NCBI GenBank assembly: GCA_043228905.1
Contig: JBHGNT010001398.1
Span: 1 to 9,022, forward strand
Reading direction: 5' to 3'
Length of the DNA: 9,022 bases
Origin: Azolla caroliniana
Lineage: Eukaryota > Plantae > Polypodiophyta
The notes below the pieces were generated by a model. The model had not been told where the DNA came from. It saw only the letters and a list, made by a program, of their open reading frames with translations, and did no database searches. The number at the start of each line of letters is the position of its first letter. Within the stretch, counting starts at the first letter, position 1. A program made the translations under genes and the position numbers. Below, one piece after another: positions 1 to 6,500 of the stretch.

Positions 1-413
1 AAGCTAAAGACCTACATAATTGTACAATTGTTTTCCACACATGAGCAACTAAACACGAGTTATACACAACCGCAAGCACCTATATATTTGATTTTCCTTT
101 TCTAATGAGACAGGAATGTTTGCAATGTCTTCGAAGTTCATTTGATCTGTCTAGATAAGTTTAGACTAGAATATCTGGAATATAACGAATTTGACAACTC
201 TGAAGTGACCTTGCAGATGTCAAATGTTATAACAGCAGTCAAATAAAAGTTACCTGTACATATTGTGACTAAACATGGCACTATAGTTCCATCAGTCTGT
301 GATAGCACTCAACATAGCCACACTTTTCCTTTAAATTCTATCACTACATCATATAGCTAGATTACATACAAAAGGCTACACAAAACATACATTAGACAAA
401 GAATAGCGCTCAC

Positions 414-505
414 CTTTTTTAGCTTCATCTCAAATTCAAGCCATTTTTTTTTGCCAGCAATATTTGCACTGTCCCCAAGGCTGAACCCACTAACTCTTTT
501 GAGAC
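414..505 (-). CDS. ZPR1: ZPR1 exon 14: (S)[30 protein letters not shown]
   Basis: Acceptor ttttcag|GT; donor AAG|GTGAGC; 92 nt, phase 1/0; GFxxGDS motif of domain B. Confidence 0.93.
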
Positions 506-3500
506 CTGAAAAGGACATGAAATTTCAAATTTTAAATCCTCACAAATCTGGAATATAATTTATCTGAAGCAGAAATAAAGGATGATTGATGCATAAAAGG
601 TGGCGGTTAGACCATCAACAAGGCTCTAATGGGCCTTTTACTACAAGATGAGTTTCCAAGTGTTATATAGACTTGATGTGTTTCTCACTTGCACTCTTGG
701 AAAACATGCAAGAACTACCTTGGGTTGCAAACATTTTTGAGAGGGAATAAGTGTATGGAGGATAGGATAGATAAGGAAAACTGGTCATCTTTTGTACAAG
801 GTTTGAGAATGAAGATTGCCATCCCCAAAGGAAATGGAAATGGCGAAAATCATTTCCAAAACCCAAAAACAAGTGGGGAATGCTGAACTTCCTTTTCCCT
901 AGTTATATAAATAAGAAGATATGATACATTGTGGGTGACTGATAATACGCATTCTAATGTAAGTAATCACAAGTGATATTAAATTTTAAAACTAGGAAAT
1001 CTGAAAAGTTGTTGGCCTAATATAAGATAAAAGTGACAAGAAACTAACGTTAAGCAGGAGAGGATCATGGAAGATCCTAAAATTGCCACAGAAGGACCTA
1101 TAGTGGTTCCCAACAATACTGCAGAGGATCAGAGGAGATTTCGGTGTAGTTACAAAGGATCTTAAAGGATTCCAACATTGCCGAGCCTGAGAGATCACAG
1201 GAAGCCTGAGGCAATGATGCTCCAGGTTAGATAAGGAACAATCAATAAACTCTACAGAGGTCAAACAATCACATCCTCTGAACATGTTCATTCCGAATGA
1301 GGACTATGTGATACTGACAGATGCATCAAAAATATGAACGTGAGAAAGCTTCCGAATGAAGTTGCATGCTGAGGCTGTAGAAGTAATGGCATGATTTGGC
1401 TTCAGAGAGAAGAGGCATGCTGTGGCTTCAAAGAAAGCTGTCATGTTTAACAGACCTTAGTTCAGGTTAAATATTGCATATTAAATTTCTGCAATGTGTT
1501 CGTTAGATATCAAAAAATCAAGACTCTGAGAGAGGGACTTTTACAATTCTGAAAGGCTAGATGTATGCCTTAGATCATTGTCTAATATTGTCTATTCACA
1601 TATTAATAGTGTAATAAAATAACAGGACTTCTAAGGTCATTGTCTATTCACATATTACTAGTGTGATGAAATAGCGAGACTTTTATGCCTTAGTTCATTG
1701 TCCCTTGGTATCTCTAGAAAATGAATTAGTTGTTAATATAAGCCAATGTTTTTATCTGTGCTGTTACGTAATGTAGAATCATCGAGGAGAAATCCATGTG
1801 AGCATTGCAGTCTGCATTGAAAATAATAACTCAGCAACTGACATCCAGACTAAAAGTACGACTGATTAAGTCCAGCATGTAGCCAATGCCATGTTGCATA
1901 GGCACAGAATCCTGTTCACTAATCAAAATATGTCTACCAAATTTCACATTTTAGACAAAGAAAGTGACATGAGCATATCAAATACATCAGATGGCCACAT
2001 CCATTCTCTTGGATTCTAACATGGCAAAGTGTTCTACACTCCCAAATTGGCAGCAATCATTGGAAGACTGCCTGGTTAGTAACCTCTGGCTCCACTGCAT
2101 GATACTTCCACATGATGTGAGAAAACACCTTTGACAGTGACCTTTGACACCACTCAAACCTACACCATTCTGCATACTGTAGAAAAAGAAAGTGGCAAGA
2201 GCACTTTCTTGGAATCCATACCAAATGGCAAAGTGCTCTACCCTCCCAAATCAGCAGTCATCATTGGAAAGCTGTCTTGTTAGTAACCTATTGATCCACT
2301 GCATGATACTTCCACATGCTGTGAGAAGACATCTTTGACAGGAACCTCATGAATCTAGATAAATGGTCTTTGACACCACTCAAACCTACACAAAGAAACA
2401 ATATATCCACCTATGATTCGACATGTGTCTTGTTATCATTTCTACAGATAGCACGTGTATGGGTACTTTCAATTAGTTACTGTTGCAAGACATTTATCAA
2501 TATGCCATTGATTGCATATTTTAAGTTGATATTACTTTTTAAACGTGCTAACAGTTAAGTGAGGACAATGAATTTGAGGAAAGAGAGTCTTACTGTCATT
2601 TATTTGATTAAGTAATCCTTCTACAGTTGTGACAAGGCCACCAAGTGTGCCAGATGCTAATTCGAGATCAAGTTCAGGGATAATCACCATGGCCGTATCT
2701 GACTACAGTACAGATTAAACTAAATTTATTTAACAGACGGAAATTTTAAGTCTTCAAAATAGATAATATAAGATTGACATATACCTTTATAACATCCCTA
2801 CTCAGATCATTCCGATTCAAAACTTTCACAGATATTCTCTTCCCTTTAGCAGGTATACTACCACCTGCTTTTAACTGTTAAAATATGAGCAGCTAGGTAA
2901 GTTGTTTTCTCTTTATATAAAATGACCAATGCTAACCAAATCAAGCAGTCATATAGGCCATACCTCAGAACTTCGATACCCACACAAGTCACAAGAAGAT
3001 GCCATTACAATAACTTCCTTGAAGTAGGGGATGTCTAATATAGACAGACGATAGCAGTTCAGGAAAAAAAAAAACATAACCAAAACCAATGTAACTACTA
3101 CTACCTTTCACGGATAAATAAAAAGAGGCGAGTGCTTTTAATTTGAAATACTGTATTCATTCACACCATATTTGGTCACATGCAACATACCAATTAGTAG
3201 GGAAGAGCAACTATCATTATCAAAATTTCATCAACTACTAGAGCCAACATTATAAGGATGTCCAAACTTCAAATAAATTCATTCTTAAGGATACTCGTTG
3301 CATACATGCGTGTTTCACTGTGTGCTCCACACGCACCACAAGTTGAAGGAAAAGTCATCACCTAGAGAAAAATATCAACATAGGTTTCAGAAATGATCAA
3401 ACTTTGATGATCATGTTAAATACAGTATCCAAGAGACAGACCTCCTCTGGTGCAGAATACTTGAAGAGAGCAGCGGCAACATCTTTATCACTGCCCTGGG

Positions 3501-6500
3501 CAATAGCCCTATGAGCGAATTCAGCGCCTACTGCCCCATGTGGCATCTTTGTCGTTCCTGCTGGAATATATGTATGCCTCTCTTTTGAGTTTCCATCCTC
3601 TTGACTTGATCTTCCATCCGTTTGTTCTAAAGTATTTGTATCTACCAGGAACCCTAAAGCTGCTTGCTCTTCTCGAGTACGGTCAAAAAATCGGACTGAC
3701 AATAATGGGTCTGGCAGAGGTGCATGCCTACACCCAGACAAAGGCCCAAATTGAACATAGCAAAAAAGGAGATTATTCAAACACCAAAATAGTGGAACTA
3801 ATGTTTTATTATTCAGATGTATGATGTGGTTTCATCATAGATATGATGCCTTACTTTTACTTCAGCTAACATTTCAACTAATGCAAATATCACCACATGG
3901 TTGTACTTCTATATTAATGCCTCAATCCATGGCAACTTTAGGCAACAGATAACGTGTACAATCAGCTCCCCCTATCATAGCACCTTCATATGTCACACTA
4001 CTAGAATGCTATTCATGATCAAATCTATAACTCAAAATTTCTCAGCGCCTAGACGTCTACATATATGTGCCATATAAAACCATACTCAATCTCAAAGTTA
4101 TGATTTCCATCAACCCAGGTAAAATATTCTATTCAGCCTTTTATATAGTTTATATACATGGATAGCAATTGAATGTCATGAGAATAAGAGCACAGACGGA
4201 TTTTCTATGAAGCTATTGCCAGCTGGATCTGTAATCATAAATGTGAAAGAATGTTCTCCAGCAGCATAACTCTTCAGCTTTTCCAGGAAATTATCAAGGG
4301 CCTCGGCTTGTTCAGGATCAACTTTCTGATTAATAAGCACAGGTAAAATTTCAAGGATCCCTTTATTAAGAATTGTAGAAAGGAAAATCAGAAATGAACA
4401 GGAACTTAAATTATTTTAGTGACAAAACCTTGCGTTCATCCTGTAGTAGACCAATCTCTTCAACAGCTCTGAGTAAGACACCTTCTATCTGAATATCAAA
4501 ATGTCAAGTTCAAAATCTGAAGGAGTTTGTTAACAATCAAATGTATATACGTATGCATGTATGTTTGTACAATTGTATGCATGTGTATGTACAATTGCGT
4601 GTAAATTGATTGTGTGTATATGGTTACAGAGATCAAAACACAGACAAGCATATAAACACCTTGAGAAATCCTGAATATGCATTAGTTTATGTAAATTTGG
4701 TGGTTCCTTCTGCTCTTTTTATTTTAAGAATGTGTTAGCCTTCAATTCCTACTAATATGTGTCACCCACATAGGAAAAGCAATAACAAAAATATGAAGAA
4801 AAAATGGAGCACATAAGAGTGTCATGCTAAAACCAACCGTTGAGAGAGTGCCTCGTTGTGCCTCTGGAGGCACTTCAAAATCTAGTTCTGGAACCTACAT
4901 CCAAAAACAAACAAAAACAATGATGCATTTTCTTCCAAGAACAAGGCACTTGTCATGGAAGAAGTATCACACCTTAATAGACGCAGAGTCAGACTTTACA
5001 ACTTGGCGGCTCAAAACCTGGCACACCCAATCAACATTCTTGATCTATTATTAATATTCTTTACAGGAAATCATCAAAAAGTACAACACGCACAGAAAGC
5101 AACATTCTAGCTTCATGCACCTTCATATTCCCCATAGGAACTTTCAGCGTATAACAGCACCCTTGTGGCTGCAGCTGACCAGCAAATTGCACTTCATTAT
5201 TCCTAGAGGAACAAGGATAGCAGTGTCAAATCATTAAGATTTTTTCATTATCTTCAAAGAACCTTTATGAACATACAAAAACCTAAAAATTAGAATCATA
5301 TCCTTTAGCATAACACTACAGTTAAACAGTTTTTGCAAGCTATTGAACACATTATTGTGCTGAAGTACTTTTGATTCACATTCAAGCTATATTCAAAAGC
5401 GAGACAAAATAAATTAGGTTATATACACTGTCCGACTTGCATTACAATAAACAAATTATTCAAAAGATATACTATTTTGCAAAATCCTAGAAAAGGATTA
5501 GTCTATACGCTAATATTGCAAAAATGAATTCACTCTAAGATTTCTTAAATTTAGATTGAATCAAAGCATGTTTTTGTTGCATTACAGGCAAAAATGGAAT
5601 GAAGATACATTACAGATAATCCAATACTTGCTCTATACTTACTTCTCATTACAATGAGGACATTCAAATGCCATCAATATAATCTGCAAGTACAAGAAAC
5701 TTGGTAAGCTGAGTAGCTCATATATTTTCAATAGTGATGTCACACAAACTACAAAGAAAGACCAGCCATGTTGATGCATACCATGACTAAGATAACAAAA
5801 TGATGTGTGGCTTTAGATCAACTACATAAATCATCGTGCATATATCTAACTTTTCCTAGTAACTTTTGTATGTTCACATAATATTTCTCTTTTCCATTTG
5901 AAAAGGTGTTATTAAATTATTTTTCTTCATTTCCATTTACATCTGTTTTGTATAGGATCAAAGAGCGGTAATCAAGGGACAAAGGCAGTATAGTACACAG
6001 TAACATGCCCACAAAACCAGGCCCATCTAAGAGAACGCAAAACTGGTTGGAGTAGAAGGTGATTTTCGGAGTCATCATCAAATGCCAAATACTCATTCAT
6101 ACACCAAGGTGTGCCTAGGCCCAAAACTGAGAAGATGTCAAGGATACCATGTCCAAAAACCCCCACCATAGGGAGGTGGTACCAATTGAAGAATTGGTTC
6201 ACCTTGAAGAGATGGGTTCAGATTGAAAGATCATCCAACCTAATGCCGAAGCCATCCCAAAGAAGGGATCGTTGTACAAGATCAAAACCAAACCGACATT
6301 GTACAGGTATAGAGGATGTGACAGCACAACTGCATGTCGATAAAGAGAATGATCTTCTCCGGAGTGTTTTCAAATGTTGTACTCGTGAAAAATGGAACAA
6401 GATGTTGGAAAAACACTTGATGAGTGAGATTCGACTTTTACGATCATAATCCAAGAGTTCTTGCTGGATGGAAGTTTATATAAATAGGACACACTCATAG

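Noticed and set aside
121-215. Minus-strand SELSNSLYSR as the missing ZPR1 exon 15 (expected ..LILDD.LANSFI..)
   Set aside because: Only superficial similarity, no TLILDD-like motif, and the frame closes early. The real exon is probably beyond position 1.
254-296. Candidate 43-nt exon (cacag|...CAG|GTAAC) in intron 14
   Set aside because: Good donor but no pyrimidine tract, and the peptide TDGTIVPCLVTICT has no ZPR1 similarity.
663-1291. ORFs 663-872, 689-886 and 992-1291
   Set aside because: Intronic. The 992-1291 ORF is antisense to the copia relic, and none has a recognisable motif.
2021-2391. Tandem copies as intronic snoRNAs or miRNA precursors
   Set aside because: On the host strand ATGATGA/CTGA occur only in copy B and are 3 nt apart. 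The terminal ACA is on the antisense strand, and I see no long hairpin or known miRNA. An Rfam scan would settle it.
1564-2391. CRISPR-like array or other prokaryotic system
   Set aside because: Eukaryotic intron context; the repeats are degenerate contiguous duplications without unique spacers, and there are no cas-like ORFs.
3540-3824. Plus-strand ORF of 94 aa (also 4824-5054)
   Set aside because: Antisense shadows of ZPR1 exons 9 and 5-6 with no recognisable protein features.
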